From Eledone cirrhosa (taxonomy: Eukaryota): 64,000 nucleotides of DNA. The DNA lies in the NCBI GenBank assembly GCA_964016885.1, contig OZ024742.1, positions 112,158,001 through 112,222,000 of the forward strand, in the 5' to 3' direction. Position 1 is the stretch's first letter. Each line of letters opens with the position of its first letter. Both the position numbers and the translations under genes were made by a program. Shown piece by piece: positions 12,158-26,420 of the stretch. Below the pieces are notes generated by a model that saw nothing but the letters and a program-made list of their open reading frames with translations, was not told where the DNA came from and searched no databases.

Positions 12158-15100
12158 GTTGCTGAAGCCACGCTTCTTATCGCCTCCAGTTTTTTTCAAC
12201 GTTTTACCTCGTTTTCAACCGTTCTAAACCTTTTATTCAGGTTTTAAATTTGAAAAAAGTTTAGAAGAAGTGACCCACCTAATACAGGGGTTCACTGGTA
12301 AATAATACGGCACCCCTTTACGGGGTATCGTATTTTTGTAAAAATATTTTTTGAAAAAAATTTCAACATGGATATCACAAGAAAGAGAGAGAGCGCTGTC
12401 AGACAACACAGAGAGAGGGAGACTTTATCAGCATGTCAACAAGACAGCGTCCCAGCGGAGGTAAATATAAACGAAAATATTACGAAGGAAAAGAGGATTG
12501 TTACAGATTTAAAATTACCAAATATTTCTAACACAAACAACACCAACAATAACACCAACAACAACATCATCAATAACAACAACAACAACAAAAATAAAAG
12601 CGGTAAGGTCGAGAACGACAATAACAATGACAATGACAACAGCCACAACAACAATAATAGTAGGAACAGTATCAACAAAAACAACAATAATAACAACAGC
12701 CACAATAACAGTAACAGCAACAACAGTATCAATGAAAACAACAACAACAACAACACCAACAATACTGCCAACGAAAACATCAACAATGACATCCATACCT
12801 GTAACAGCGATCTCAGCACCTCCAGTAAGACCATAGCGGCAACAATAGTGGTGCTGCTGAAAACGGAACCACTTCTTTTGCAGGTGTCGCCCGAAATATC
12901 GAGACAGTGCTAGTCACAAGGGCCATGGTGACAAGAAGCGCCAATAGAGTCTCCCTGAAACCTCTTTTTCAAGGACCAGCAGGTATGGACTGACTTACCG
13001 AACCCTAGGCAAAATCTCACATCGGGTGGAGAGAGCCACGGAGGCTCAAATCCAAAAGGCCTTGGGGTGCATCTGGGCACGCATGCAGAAAGTACACCAC
13101 AGTAGACGTACTATTCGCTACCCCTCAAGTAGCGAAGGGTAACCCTAAAGAGTGAGGATATAGTCTTGGTTCTCTCCTTGGTGCCCTCCAGGTTCCACCC
13201 GACGTGCCCATACCTTGGCTGGCCGCGTCTGTCCTTGCTGGAATCGAGGACAGAACGACCATGCTGCAAGTAGAGAGAATAGGGAGAGAGAACTGGTCAG
13301 GTATAGGCATGCAACTGCTTATACAAACTAACCAGGAATGTATCGACGCTATCCCCGATATCATAGACATCGAGGAAGGACTCCAACTCCTTATAAGCGT
13401 AGAAGGAAGGACGGCCAAAATGTTATCTCTGTGGATCGAAGGGTCACTTAGGGCATTTTGCTCGCAGAAGACAGCGAAGAAGAAGTGCCCTCTCCTTCCA
13501 ATACCTGGTCCGCTGCTACCAAGATCAGGGCAGGCAACACACGCAGAATCCCCTTCCACGGTTAGTAGGAGGGCAACGTCCGTGGCACCTATACCAAGGC
13601 CACGGACAACTAAAGCAGCAGCATCAGTGGCAGGAACAACAATAGCTACTTTTGAAGTAGCTGCACCAGTAACACAATTGCCGGAGAGGGCTCCACAACC
13701 ACCACCAACAGCCGTGGAGCACATACCCCTCCCAGACGTCACGGAATCCGACATGGAGTTTGAGGCGGGAGTGAAGTGGCAAACGGTCTGCGACAAAAAA
13801 TAAAAAGGAAAAAATCCTTAGATTCACCCTCCAAAAGCGAAGGCACAAGAAGAGGGGTAAAGGCAGCAAGGAAACTTGCAGCAACACCACCGCCATCACC
13901 ATCACCACCACACGCACAACCGCCAACAACAACCACACCACCACCAGCATCACCTAACACCAACAACGTAAACAAAAAAACACACACACCAAACAGCAAC
14001 AAGAAGAAAACAGCAACAAAATGACCCTCCCCATAAAAAAATACACAGCCATAAACATGGCAAATAAAAAGAACTCATACAATATATAAAGCACCAGACA
14101 TTACAGAAAAAAACTACTACACCCCACCAAAACCAAGAACCCTTCCGACAAACATAAGCATCATTGAAATCTCAATAGATGAGTACAAACCTTTAAAACA
14201 AAAATATACAGTGACATCCTCTTGGAAACATCCATGGCCAGCCAAAGGGACGGTTCTACTGTCCCTTCACCACACTATCAAGGTAGGTGACCTTTCTCAC
14301 TAGCCCCGTTTCTCATCCAACATGGCCGTACTCAGAATAGGCTGTATAAATGCACGTGGCCTGCGGTAATCTTGGAAGCAGGGCCACCTGCTCAACGACC
14401 TCAGTTCACTAAACATAGATGTGGTGGCCATCAGCGCGACCAGAATCTCCGAAGCACGGGCCTTCACACCGATCTTCGGCGGCTAGGATGTATACGCATC
14501 TCCCAGCCGTCCAGCATCGAGAGGAGGGGTTGCCGTCCTTTTTCGGAGAGGCTTGGATCTCGCCATACGGGCCATTTTCCTGGACGCAGAAGATAAGTCG
14601 GTGGTGCTGGACGTGACCGGCAGCGAAGGCAATGCTTTCAGGCTAGTAGCCGTTACTCCGCAAATGTGGCAAGGGGTCAGATTACTTAAGACGTCTGTAG
14701 ACCTGTCTTGGAACGTCCCGTTCGTTAGTGTAAATGGGCGACTGGAACAGTATCTTGGATTTACGCTGGGATTGTTTGGGGCTAGTGGATAGGGGAGGAG
14801 GGTGCAAGTGCCTCACCACCTGCTCAGAAGTTTTGAACTGTCTGACTGGTATCGACTGGATCACCCGAAAGTGCCAATGTTGAAATGGACAAACCGCATC
14901 GGGTCATCCAGATCGTATCTCGATAGGGTATTCTGCAGAGAACTAGATAATGCTAGTATAAGTTGTCCACAATTTAAAATAGTCGACTAAACAGACCACA
15001 CATTTGTGATATGTGAGATCGACATAGACAGACTTCATAGTCAAGTATCCGGTTACTGGAAGCTGAACGCGTCTTTCCCGGCACGCAAAGCCTACAGAGA

Positions 15101-17987
15101 CCGGATTAGCATATTAGTTAAGCGGGCGTTGACGGGAGCGGTCGTCAACAACAGGTGGTGGTTCGCCCTGAAAAGGGCAATTAAAGTGGAGTCAATTAGG
15201 TTTAGCAAAGGACTAATGATAGAGGAAAACAGAGTAGAGGGAGAGCTAGTCAGAAAGCTAGAAGAGGCATTTAGGACAGGCATCGCAACCGACGTGCTTG
15301 CGGCGAAATTAGCATTCGACCAATTATTCAACGCGAAACACGAAGGCTGCGTTGTCAGAGCTAGAGTGTGTGCTCTGAAACACGAGGGGACAAAAGCCGT
15401 CCAATGGGGCCGGGTGGCAGAGGCACGACGTGGAAACAGAGCCACAATTCAAATCTTTATCTGACCAAAACGGGCGCGTGTTGCTCGAACCTGAGCAGAT
15501 GTGTGAAGCTTTTCCGTATTACTGTGCTGAACTGTTCGGGAGCAGCGGCCGGCCGGATTCGGGTATGGAATTCAGTGCATACCTCGACGGACTGCCTCGG
15601 CTCTCGACGACCGCAGCACAGTGTTGCGAAAAGCCAATAACAGCCGGTGAAATACGGGAAGCGATGGCTAACTGCACGAGGGGTAAATCGCCAGGTCTGG
15701 ATGGTCTGCCCTACGAGCTTTACGCATTTATGCCAGACTTGTTCGGTGACCTCTTGGAAGACGTCTACTGCAACTTGTAGCAGAACGGGAGCATTCCCAG
15801 TAACGTGAGCCGCGGAGCGGTGGCGCCTGTGAGAAAAGACCCGACCAAGGGGGATGTTATCGATAATTTCAGGCCTATAACCTTGCTAAACGCAGAGTTC
15901 AAGATTTTGGCCAAGGTGTTAGCAACGAGGTTGGCGCTTGTCGTTAAAGGTCTGGTGGGAGAGGCGCAGACATGCGTCATTCCGGAACGATCCATATACG
16001 ACACCCTCCATCTCATGAGATACATCATAGAGAGGGTAGCTAGGGAACCTGGCACGGGTGGGGCGCCTGATCAACTTGGATCAATCCAAAGTATTCGATA
16101 GGGTCGACCATCAGTACCTGGCGGCGGTCCTTGAGGCAGCCGGTTTCGGGCCCGTTTTCAGGGGTTGGAACACTGCGATGTACAGTGACATCTGCTCAGT
16201 TGTGAGGGTGAACGGTCACCTGTCGCAGCCGTTCAGCATCATGCACTTGGTCCGCCAGGGTTGTCCCGTCTCGTCCCTCTTGTACGTATTGGCTCTCGAG
16301 CTGTTACTATACAAACTGGGGGCGATGAGGGGCGTCCAACGCGAACTAGGATGGGGGAAATCGTCCAGATGCTCGGCCGCGCTCTCAAAGAATACGAAGC
16401 GGTGACAGGAGCAAAGATAAACCAGGAAAAGTCGGTGGGCTTGCAGCTCGGCACCTGGAGAGGCAAGTCTATGCCGTCCGACAGCGTCGTGGGGAGTTGG
16501 ACGGACGAACCGGTTAAATTGCTCGGGGTCTGGTTCGGACCGTACCTCCAGATGGAGAAAGACTGGAGCGAGGTGATGAGCAAGGTCGCCTCCCTCACCT
16601 ACAAATGGGCCGAGAGGAAGCTGTCCCTGAAAGGCCGGGCGGAGGTGGCACCTTACCGTCATCGCTTGCCCCGGCCCAACTCTCACCAAAATGGAGCGCC
16701 TCCTCTTCCGCTTTTTGTGGAAAGGACGCGCTCCTATGGTCAGACGATCCATCTGCTCTCAAGACTCGTTGGGTGGAGGACTGGGCATGCCATGACTGAT
16801 GATGCGCAAACATGCGTTGAGGCTGCGACATCTCTCGAGCTTCCTTGACGGTGAACATGTGTGGTCGATTGGCCTGGCACGTGTTCCCACAGCTCGTCTC
16901 CTTGACGCAGCTGCAGTCCTGGATCAGGAAAAGACCTAGGGATAGCGCTTGGAAACTGGAATGTCTCCAGGCACTCAATGCCCTCTGCCAGCTGGGCACC
17001 TATATCGGTGGAACAGCCACCTCGGCCTTCTATGGAGGACTAGCGCAGGGGAAGCGCGACGACGTTCTCGGAGTGATCCTGGGCGTCGGAGAAGATCAGA
17101 TTTTGTTCTCTTCCGGAGAACTTTCAGCCCAGGGCTTATGGATAACTTCCAAAAGTCCTTGGCCTGGCAGTGCTACCGGGGATCGTTGCCGGTTCGAGAT
17201 AAGCTCTACACGCACGGAAGTGCCGTCAGCCAAGCCTGTCTGAGATGCGCGCAGAGCAACGGAACCGTCGTGCACGCACTTGTTCAGTGCCCCAAAATTT
17301 CTGACTTGTAGAGCTATGTTGAACATTTGCTGTCGCCTGTAAGACTGATCCTGTTATCGGCTGAGTCCATAGTGCAGATGGTCTCGCCGTCTTCCTTCGA
17401 GAAGGAAGGGCAGGCGTGCTTCATCTGCCTGGTGCCCATGGCGAAAGAGATTGTGTGGTGGATAAGGTTGAAAGGGTTAAAGACAGACACTTTCCTCTTC
17501 GGCGAACCCCTAACTAACTTTTTCAAGTTTCACTTCAAGAGGAAAATCAGGGTGGAGAGACAAGTGCTGCATTGTAGCAAGTTTGTTGAAAGGTGGGTGA
17601 ATGTAGCGAGATTGCTCCGAGTGAACGCGACCGCTCTGAATATACGCCTGTAGTTTGAGAAATGGAAAAATTGAGAGAGGGCACTTGCCCTGGTGATCAG
17701 GGTGGCCGTGGTCTTTTGTGTGGTTTTCGCCACGAGTAACTCTCGGAGGTCCCCCCCCCCCTGTTGGGGGAATCTTTCATTGTTTCAATTTTCATTTTTA
17801 TTGTTTATATATATGTTTCTATGTCTTTTCCTTTTTCTTTTCTTATATAAATAATACAAAATCTTTACAGGCACAAAACCCACATCGTACCGTTCTCTAC
17901 CCTCCTGTGCCGTCTGCAATGTTTTTCTTGATGTCAGCTCTTGTGGTCAATAAAGAAATCATTATTATTATTATTATTATTATTATT
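12158..17987 (+). mobile_element. Tx1/L1-clade LINE copy B, full length, decayed
   Basis: ORF1 remnants from 12368 (Asn-rich N-terminus, EGR then degraded knuckle, P/T-rich tail); ORF2 14322-17653; AATAAA and (ATT)9 tail. Confidence 0.9.
14322..17653 (+). pseudogene. ORF2 of copy B: APE endonuclease plus RT
   Basis: MAVLRIGCINARGL, SYLDRV, GYWKLN, GKSPGLDGLP, NFRPITLLN, LDQSKVFDRVDH, VRQGCP, CLRC...HALVQC. Multiple frameshifts; the YADD region is deleted. Confidence 0.88.
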
Positions 17988-18201
17988 GGCGACCTACGTA
18001 GTAAATCGTATCATCGTGAGATCCGCAAAGGTTTGTTATTTTCAGTTGTTTAAAATTGCCATTCATGGAAATTTTTTATTGTTAACTGTATATAAATGCA
18101 CATATATTGTTATCTGAAAAGGACACCCAAAAAGATTGGGGTCTTGAGCCCAAAATTTAAACTTTTCTAATTATCAAACAAACATTTTTCTTTGAAAAAT
18201 C

Positions 18202-20142
18202 ATGGCTGACTCAGAGTCACTCCTTTCTCACAAACTACCACCTCACACCGACACCACCATTGTAAATATTACTACGTTTGCCAACACTAAAAATATAAGC
18301 AGCAGAAATATTTAAATTTGTCTCAGGCAGACATTCATTTCCCGCCATTACCAATGACTGCAGGTGTGAAAGCCGCCACCACCACCACCACCGCGACAAC
18401 CACCACGCCCAACACCACCGTGACAACAGAAACAGAAGAAAAAATAAATTAACTCGTGATATCGAAATTAATTCAACCAAAATGAACTCTTCCACACCGA
18501 ACACCACTGACGCCACCACCACCACAACTGAAACTAAAATTAATAATAACAAAAATAACGATAACAACAACAGTTAAAATGACATTAAGAAAACCACCCT
18601 GAGTTTTGCCAGAGTAGCAAAAAAGGGCGAAGCATTTCAGGTAACTCAGGAGGAATTAGAAGAAGCCAAAAAATGGTAAAGAAAGATTGGTACAGGGTCA
18701 GCCTCAGCCGCACCTAATAAAATGGAGCATCGGCGCCTATGTACCGTGTCTTATCGAACAATTAATATCAAATCGCGCCAAGTGGAACGGGCATCCGAGT
18801 CCCAAATACAAAAAGATTTGAGACATGTGTGGGCAAAGAAATCACACATCAGACGTGGGCAGATATATGGAACCGTGGACGTGTTCTTTGAAACACCACA
18901 GGAGGCTAGAGAACACTCCATGGCCCCATTAAGAAGTGACGACTTCACACTCGTCCCAAGCTATTGTGGCCAGAGCCTCGTAAAGATCAGGGTCACCCAC
19001 GTTTCACCGGCCATCGAAATTCACTGGCTAATAGCTGCCGTCCTCGCCGGCATCGAAGCCAATACCAAGATAATCGAAATAACAAAAGAAAGCCAGGAGA
19101 ACTGGTCGGGATCTGGGATGGAGCTCCTGATCCAAGCGGACCAAAAAAGCATTGAGGAGATCCCAGAGGTAATAGACCTCACTGACTGCAGCCACCTCAC
19201 CGTAATCGTCGAGGGAAGAAGGCCTAAGTGTTTTGTTTGTGGTGAAGGAACCCACGTAAGGGCTTTCTGCCCTCAGGCTAAAAGGTTGAGGCCACCTCTC
19301 TTACCCACACCAGTCACTTAACCATCAACACCACCAGCAGCAGAGATGGCAGCAACAACTGTAGCAGCAACAACAGAAGCAACTGTAACAGCAACAACCC
19401 CAGCAACAGTAGCAAAACCAACACCACCAACACCCAACGCGCCAGAACTAGCACCAGCGCCTACACCATCCACCACGCCACAACCAAAACTAACGCCTGT
19501 GGAGGATTTTCCACTCCCCGGCCTATCCCAACTGGAGACAGATTGTGACGACGAGCAGTGGGAAACGGTATCAGGAAAAAAGAAAAAAAAGAAACCAAAC
19601 AAGAAAAAATTCTCTTCCTTCCTCCTCCAAAAACAAAATACAGAGGGAAACAAATAAACTATCAAACAAAAAAGTTAGGACAGATATGCCACCATCCACA
19701 CCAGCATCACCAACCACATCACCACAAACACCAACACCAACACCATCATTAACCCCAACACCACCATCACCATCACAACAAAAGTCACCAAAAAGCGAAA
19801 CAGAAACAAACCCCAAACAAACGCAAACAAAACAAAACAACCAAAATGAAACACACTACACAGCATTAAATTTGAACAACAACCAATTATTACACTACAT
19901 ACAACACAACACCAGCATCACAGAAAAAAGACTACACAACAACCCAAAAGTTCACACCAATTCCACACATACAAATCAGTTGCATCATACAGAAGACGTA
20001 CACGACACTAAAACAAAAATTCCCCAAAGACATCGGAGACTTCCGACAAACACTCTCCAGGATGATTTATAAAGACATCCTTCCGGAGGAGGCCACAAGC
20101 AGTGAAAACGATGGACAAACCATCATTCCTCTACGAGAGTAA
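18202..20142 (+). pseudogene. ORF1 of copy C (gag-like, CCHC zinc knuckle)
   Basis: EGRRPKCFVCGEGTHVRAFCP (CX2CX4HX4C); WETVSGKKKKK; broken by stops and frameshifts. Confidence 0.8.
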
Positions 20143-20181
20143 GGTAATTGGTCTTTCCCATCTTTTCCACTCCATTTCAAC

Positions 20182-23100
20182 ATGACCTCACTCAGAATAG
20201 GCAGCATAAATGCGCGTGTCTTGGGGTCGTCATGGAAGCAGGGCCACCTGCTCAACGACCTCAGGTCACTAAACATAGATGTAGTGGCCATCAGCGAGAC
20301 CAGAATCTCCGAAGCACGGGCCTTCGCACCGATCTTCGGCGGCTACGATGTGTACGCATCTCCCAGCCGTCCGGGATCGGGGCGGGAGCAGTTGCTGTGC
20401 TTTTTCGGAATGGTTTTGATTTCGCCATACGCGCCATCTTCCTGAACCCAGAAGGTAAGTTGGTGGTGCTGGACGTGACCAGCGGAGACGGGTTAGCTTT
20501 GTGGCTAGTGGCCGTCTATGCCCCGACAGGAGCAGGGCGGCGTGATTTCTTCCGGCGTCTGGAAACCTTTCTTTGAACGTCCCGCTCTTTAGCGTTAGTG
20601 GGCGACTGGAACGGGATCTTAGATGCACGCTGGGACAGTGTGGGATCGGCGGATAGGGGAGGAGGGTGCAAGTGCCTCACCAACCTGCTCAGGAGTTTTG
20701 AACTGTCTGACAGGTACCGATTGGATTTCCAGAATGTGCCAATGTGGACTTGGACAAATCGCATAGGGTCATCCAGGTCATATCTAGATAGAGTATTTTG
20801 TAGGGAAATAGATAGGTCTAGCATAGGCTGTCCACAATTCAAGATAATCAGCTACACGGACCACAAATTCGTGATCTGTGTGCTTGACTTAGATAGGCTT
20901 CATAGACGAGGACCAGGCTACTGGAAGCTAAACGCGTCCTTACCAGCGCGCAAGGCCTACAGAAACCGTATTAGCGAACTAGTTAAGCCTGGCGTTGACA
21001 GGGGCCATCGTCAACAACAAGTGGTGGTTTGCTCTGAAAAGAGAGATTAAAATAGAATCCATTAGGTTTAGTAAGGCTTTAGCAATAGAGAAAAATAGAG
21101 CAGAGGGAGAACTAGTTAGACAATTAGACGAGGCGCTTGGCAAAAGCATCGCGACCGACGTGCTTGCGGCGAAATTGGCTCTTGACCAATTCTTCAATGC
21201 AAAGCACGAAGGCTGCGTTGTCAGAGCTAGGGTGCGTGCTCTCAGACACGAGGGGACGAAAGCCGTTCAATGGGCCCGAGTGGCGGAGGCGCGTCGTGGC
21301 AACAGAGCCACGATCCGGTCTTTGGTGGACCACGACGGGCGCATGCTACTCGATCCCGGACAAATGTGGGAAGCTTTTCAGCGACACTACACTCAGCTGT
21401 TCGGGGCAAGCGGTGGGCCGGGTCGAGGGATGGACTTTAGTGTCTACCTCGACGGACTGCCGCGGCTCTCGGCCACTGTGGCGGAGTGTTGCGAAAAACC
21501 GATAACAGCCGCTGAAATACGGGAGGCAATGACTGTCTGCACAAGGGGTAAATCGCCTGGTTTGGATGGTCTGCCCTATAAACTTTACAGATGGCAGACT
21601 TGTTCGGAGGCATCTTGACGGACGTCTACTGCATCTGGCAACAGAACGGGAGAATTCCCAGCTCTGTGAGCCGAGGAGCGGTGGCACTGCTGAGAAAGGA
21701 TCCGAACAAGGGGGATAACATAGATAATTTCAGGCCCATAAATCTGCTAAACACAGAGTTCAAGATTTTGGCCAAGGTGCTAGCAAAGGGTTGGCGCTTG
21801 TCGTTGGTGGTCTGGTAGGAGAGGCGCAGACATGTGCCATGCCCGACAGATCCATCCACGACAACCTCCACCTCATGCAATACATCGTAGAGAGGGTAGC
21901 TAGGGAACCTGGCACGGGTGGGTCCTTGATCAATTTAGATCAGTGGAAAGCTTTTGATAGGGTCGACCATCGTTACATATCGGCAGTCCTGAGATCGGCT
22001 GGCTTTGGGCCCGTCTTCAGAGGCTGGATCGCTGCCATGAACAGCGACATCTGCTCTGTGTTGAGAGTGAACGGTCACCTTTCGGTCCGCCAGGGACGTC
22101 CCCTCTCGTCCCTCTTGTACGTATTGACTCTCGAGCCATTACCGCACAAACTGGAGACGTTGAGGGGCGTCCCGCGTGAACTAGGATGCGGAAGATCCGT
22201 GTCAGCATATGCAGACGAAGTCACCGTAGTGGTGTCGAACGCCAAACACATCGAGGCGATCGGCACTACACTAAGAGAATACGAAGCGGTGACAGGACCA
22301 ATGATCAACCAGGAAAAATCAGTGGGCCTGCAGCTCTGCACCTGGAGCGGCAGGTCCATGCCGTCCAGCAGCATCGTCGGACGCTGGACGGACGGACCGG
22401 TTAAATTTCTAGGAGTCTGGATCGGTCCGGACCTCCAGACGGACAAAAACTGGGACGAGGTGACGAGCAGGGTGGCTTCTCTCACCCAGAAATGGGCGGA
22501 GAGGAAGCTATCCCTGAAAGGTCGAGCGGTGGTGACTAACGCGTATATCGCGTCTCTCATCTGCTACCGCCTGGCCGTCGTACCTTGTCCTAAGCCCCGG
22601 CTGACTGCGCTGGAGCGTTTGTTCTTTTGCTTTTTTGTGGAAGGGATGCGCTCCGATGGTCAGGCGGTCCATCTGCTGTCAACACCCGCTACGTGGAGGG
22701 CTGGGCATGCCGTGGCTGATGTTGCGCAGATACGCGCTCAGGCTACGACGACTCCACCTCTTCCTCGACGGTGATCAGGTGTGGTCGCCGTTTGCTAGAC
22801 GCGTCTTTCCCCAGCTCGTCTCCTTGACGGAGCTGCAGTCCTGGGTCAAGCGAAGACCGAGAGGGAGCGCTTGGAGACTGGAATGTCTTCAGGCGCTCAC
22901 AGCCCTCGACCAATCGGGCAATGTGATCGGTGGAAACTCCAGCTCGGCGTTCTATAGAGGATTAGTGGAGGGGCGATGTACTTGGGGAAACTCTAGGCGT
23001 CGACGAAAATCAACTAGCGAATCTCTTCGGAAGACTTTTGGGCCGGGACCTATGGAGAACTTCCAGAAATCCCTGGCCTGGCAGTGCTACCGAGGAGCCT

Positions 23101-23552
23101 TGCCAGTTCGGGATAAACTCCACAGGCATGGAGGTGCCGTTAGTCGGGCATGTCCGAGATGCGCGCAGGTCGACGAAACCGTCCTGCACGCACTCGTCCC
23201 TTGTCCGAAAATTGCTGACTTGTGGGTTTATGTCGAACACCTGCTGTCGCGTGTAGGACGGATCCGGCTATCATCTGAGTCCATCGTGAGTATTGCCCCG
23301 CCCTCCTCCTTTAGCTGGGAACGGCAGGCAGTTTGTATCTGTCTGGTGGCCATGGCGAAAGAGATAGTATGGTGGACACGTTTGAAAGGGCTGAAGACGA
23401 GCACTTACCTCTTCGGTGATGCCCTGATTGACTTTTTCAAATTTCATTTGAAAAGGAAAATCAGAGTAGAGAGGGAAGTGCTCTCTTCCCAGCATTTTGT
23501 TGAAAGATGGGTGAGAGAAGCAAGAATGGCCTGAGTACGTATCTGTAAATTA
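20182..23552 (+). pseudogene. ORF2 of copy C: APE endonuclease, RT and C-terminal zinc motif
   Basis: MTSLRIGSINAR, DVVAISET, GDWN, YTDHK, GKSPGLDGLP, KAFDRVDH, VRQGRPLS, AYADEV, CPRC...ETVLHAL. Confidence 0.92.
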
Positions 23553-23797
23553 AAGGTGGAAAACTGGGAGAGGGCACTTGCCTTGGTGGTCAGGGTCACT
23601 GTGGCCTATTACTGGGCTTTCTCCACAAATGTGCCTCGGAAGTCTCCCCCCTATTGGGGAATTTTTCATTGTTATTTTTTTTTTACATCCTCTGTTTTTG
23701 TTTTTTACACGCAGAAATGACCATGTGTACCCTCCTGTATTGTCCTGCACTGTCCTTAATGTCTACTTTATGTAAACCCTTGTGGTTAATAAAGAAA

Positions 23798-23842
<45 letters not shown>

Positions 23843-25309
23843 GTAATAGCAGTAGTTGTAGTGGTAGTAGTAAGAGTGGCGGTGGTGGTGGTGGTGCAAG
23901 TACTGCTGGTATTGCTGATCGTGTTTCTAATAATAATTAACGTATTGACGCAATCAATATCATCGTTGTTGTATTCCATTTTTAATTCATAATTAGCAAA
24001 CAGCATGAGCAGCACTATCATGCCTCTCTAAGGAAATACAATTATCTTAAAATCAAATGACGCCAGTGATCTGTTGCATTTTGTTTTGTTTTTCCTTTAA
24101 TAATCGGCATTTCTCAAAATTCGAACTGAATACTAGAAATATTTTCTACTCTTTGATACCTACTGATTTCTAACATATATAGTAGATGAAATACGAGTGT
24201 TCATATTTTTAAAGTATACTTTATATTTTGTATTATTATATATGACTGTGTTCTTTCTTCTTGTTCTTGTTGCTGATGTTGATGACAGCAATTTAGATTT
24301 CATTTTATTTCAGGTCATGCTAACCTTCTTGCTAAATTTAAGAAGACATTACTAATTCGACAAGAACATTATTAAAACACGAAATCTACGACGGCTACCA
24401 CACTGCCAAGACTAACAATAGTGGGTAATTGAATATTATAGAAATTCTAAATTAATTTCAAAAATATTAACATATTGTGCCAGTATGAAATTAAACAAGT
24501 TTCTAATTCTATGTGTCATTTTACACGTGAAATGGTGGTTTATTTTATTTTCTCTTCGGGCTTCTTTTTTTCTTTCCAAATTATGTGTTGGTGTTTGTTA
24601 CTTTTCTTGCGCTCTTTTTCTTCTCAAGGAAACTCTAATCTGAAATTAAATTAGAAATAACAAAATAGTGAAATAACTAAAAAGAAAAAGTGAAAATTTC
24701 TAATTTTATTTTATAATCTTATTTTTCATGCTTTGTTTATTTACTATACAAATGTTCTGTTTTTGTTGTTGTTTTAACTTTAATGTTCTTTGCTACGTTC
24801 ATCTTGTCAACAATACAACTTCTAATTTATCTTCCTTTAGTATGCAAATTATCTTCAAAGATTTGTTTTGCAAAGCTGAGAATTATTGATTGTGAAATAT
24901 GATATTTGGAAAGCGTGTTGATAAAATATAATTTTACGTTGGCCAATAGAGGAATTGATAAATTTTGCCGCCTTAACCTTAACTGTGTTGATACTCATTT
25001 ATCAAATTCCTGTTTATTATTCAATTTTAAAATCATCTCTCTTATTTTTTTCATTTCAATATTAGGCTCTCGGGAACCTAAATGAACTTTAAGGTGATAT
25101 ATTCGGAGGAGATACTAAGATGTTTATGATCTTTATACTTAGATAAACATTTCAAATGTCTTGGGTAGAATACATAATATTATTTCACTGTTACAGGAAC
25201 TGTTCTTGTTTACAATACAGATTGTTTTAAATAATTCTCCTTTCCTTTACTAGAATTAAAATAACTACTTGAATCTTCACTCTATATAACGTGTATATAA
25301 TGGACAACA

Positions 25310-25310
25310 G

Positions 25311-25344
<34 letters not shown>

Positions 25345-25437
25345 AATAACTACTACTACTGCTGCTCCTGTTGATGTTGCTGCTACTACTACTACTACTA
25401 TTACTAATAGTACTGCTGCCCCTGGTGTTGCTACTAT

Positions 25438-25510
<73 letters not shown>
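25310..25510. repeat. (CTA)n microsatellite, imperfect
   Basis: CTA runs with CTG interruptions. Confidence 0.95.
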
Positions 25511-25513
<3 letters not shown>

Positions 25514-26420
25514 TCGTATAAGGCAACAATCAAGTGACATCCAGGTTCTGCAACCGGTATGGGGATTATTGCGCGAGGTTTACACACTTAAGTGGGCGGA
25601 GATCCAAGCATTCATTTAGTATGTGTTATGCAGTCTACACTGGCAAGCCCGCCTGGTAGGCTGCTAGTAGTCGCATCCCTCAGGGGTCCATGGCTTCATT
25701 GAATCGGCTGGTTCTAAGACATCTATTCCTTGCGAGATCAGTTAGCGTGATGAGCGAATACGCGCTGTCACATTAGGGATTTGGTTGCAAGTGATGAGAA
25801 TCATCCGCCATGTCATATGGTGGATGACATAGGTCCAATTAGGGCTTGGTTACCTAACTATGTGTGTGGGTGATGCTCTTACCGATGGTCTGCATGAGCA
25901 ATCCCATAGGGCATAGGCAAATATCCAGTTAGCGAAGGACAGAGACATACAGGGATGTATCGGTATCGCTTAGAGCTGTATCTAGATTCTTAGTGTGAGG
26001 GCTCCTGCGCTATGACGGGGAAACGTACTCTACAGCGCTGGAATCCAAGACTAGAATACCATAACGTAGTTTGGATGTGCTACTACTCCATGATTAGTCT
26101 GCTGTCAGCAAGTCAACTGTCGGTCCAATTTTACTCCAAGATATATTGCTGCGCACTTAGCTGGCGTATGTTAGCATGGTTAATGATGAGATGGTGATTG
26201 ACTTCCTTGGTATTTGGGTATAATACCGTTGCAGTCATCCTTGCCAAGCTTCAATCTGAAGGTCTTGAAATACGTTACCTGTTGGAGTTGGGTGGTGCCT
26301 GCTGTTAGTGCGCTGGCAACGCGAGTCCAGGTTCTATCTCTGTAGAGAAGGGAAATATTCTCTTAAGCCCTAGTTTCATGATATTCTTTGGATTATGTCA
26401 TTGTTGTTGAGGAGTATGTT
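25511..26420 (-). mobile_element. Very degraded LINE 3' fragment, possibly RTE-like
   Basis: GC-richer block ending at the (TAG)n tract; only faint C-terminal motifs (RCLR, PWTP). Confidence 0.3.

Larger units (their letters stand above)
17988..23841 (+). mobile_element. Tx1/L1-clade LINE copy C, full length, decayed
   Basis: ORF1 about 18202-20142, ORF2 from 20182, AATAAA and (ATT)14 tail. Confidence 0.92.

Noticed and set aside
12436-23750. Minus-strand ORFs over the Tx1 copies
   Set aside because: Antisense shadows of GC-rich LINE coding sequence; no motifs of their own.
24314-24424. Exon-like segment between TTTCAG and GTAATT on the plus strand
   Set aside because: Stops in all three frames and no partner exons seen.
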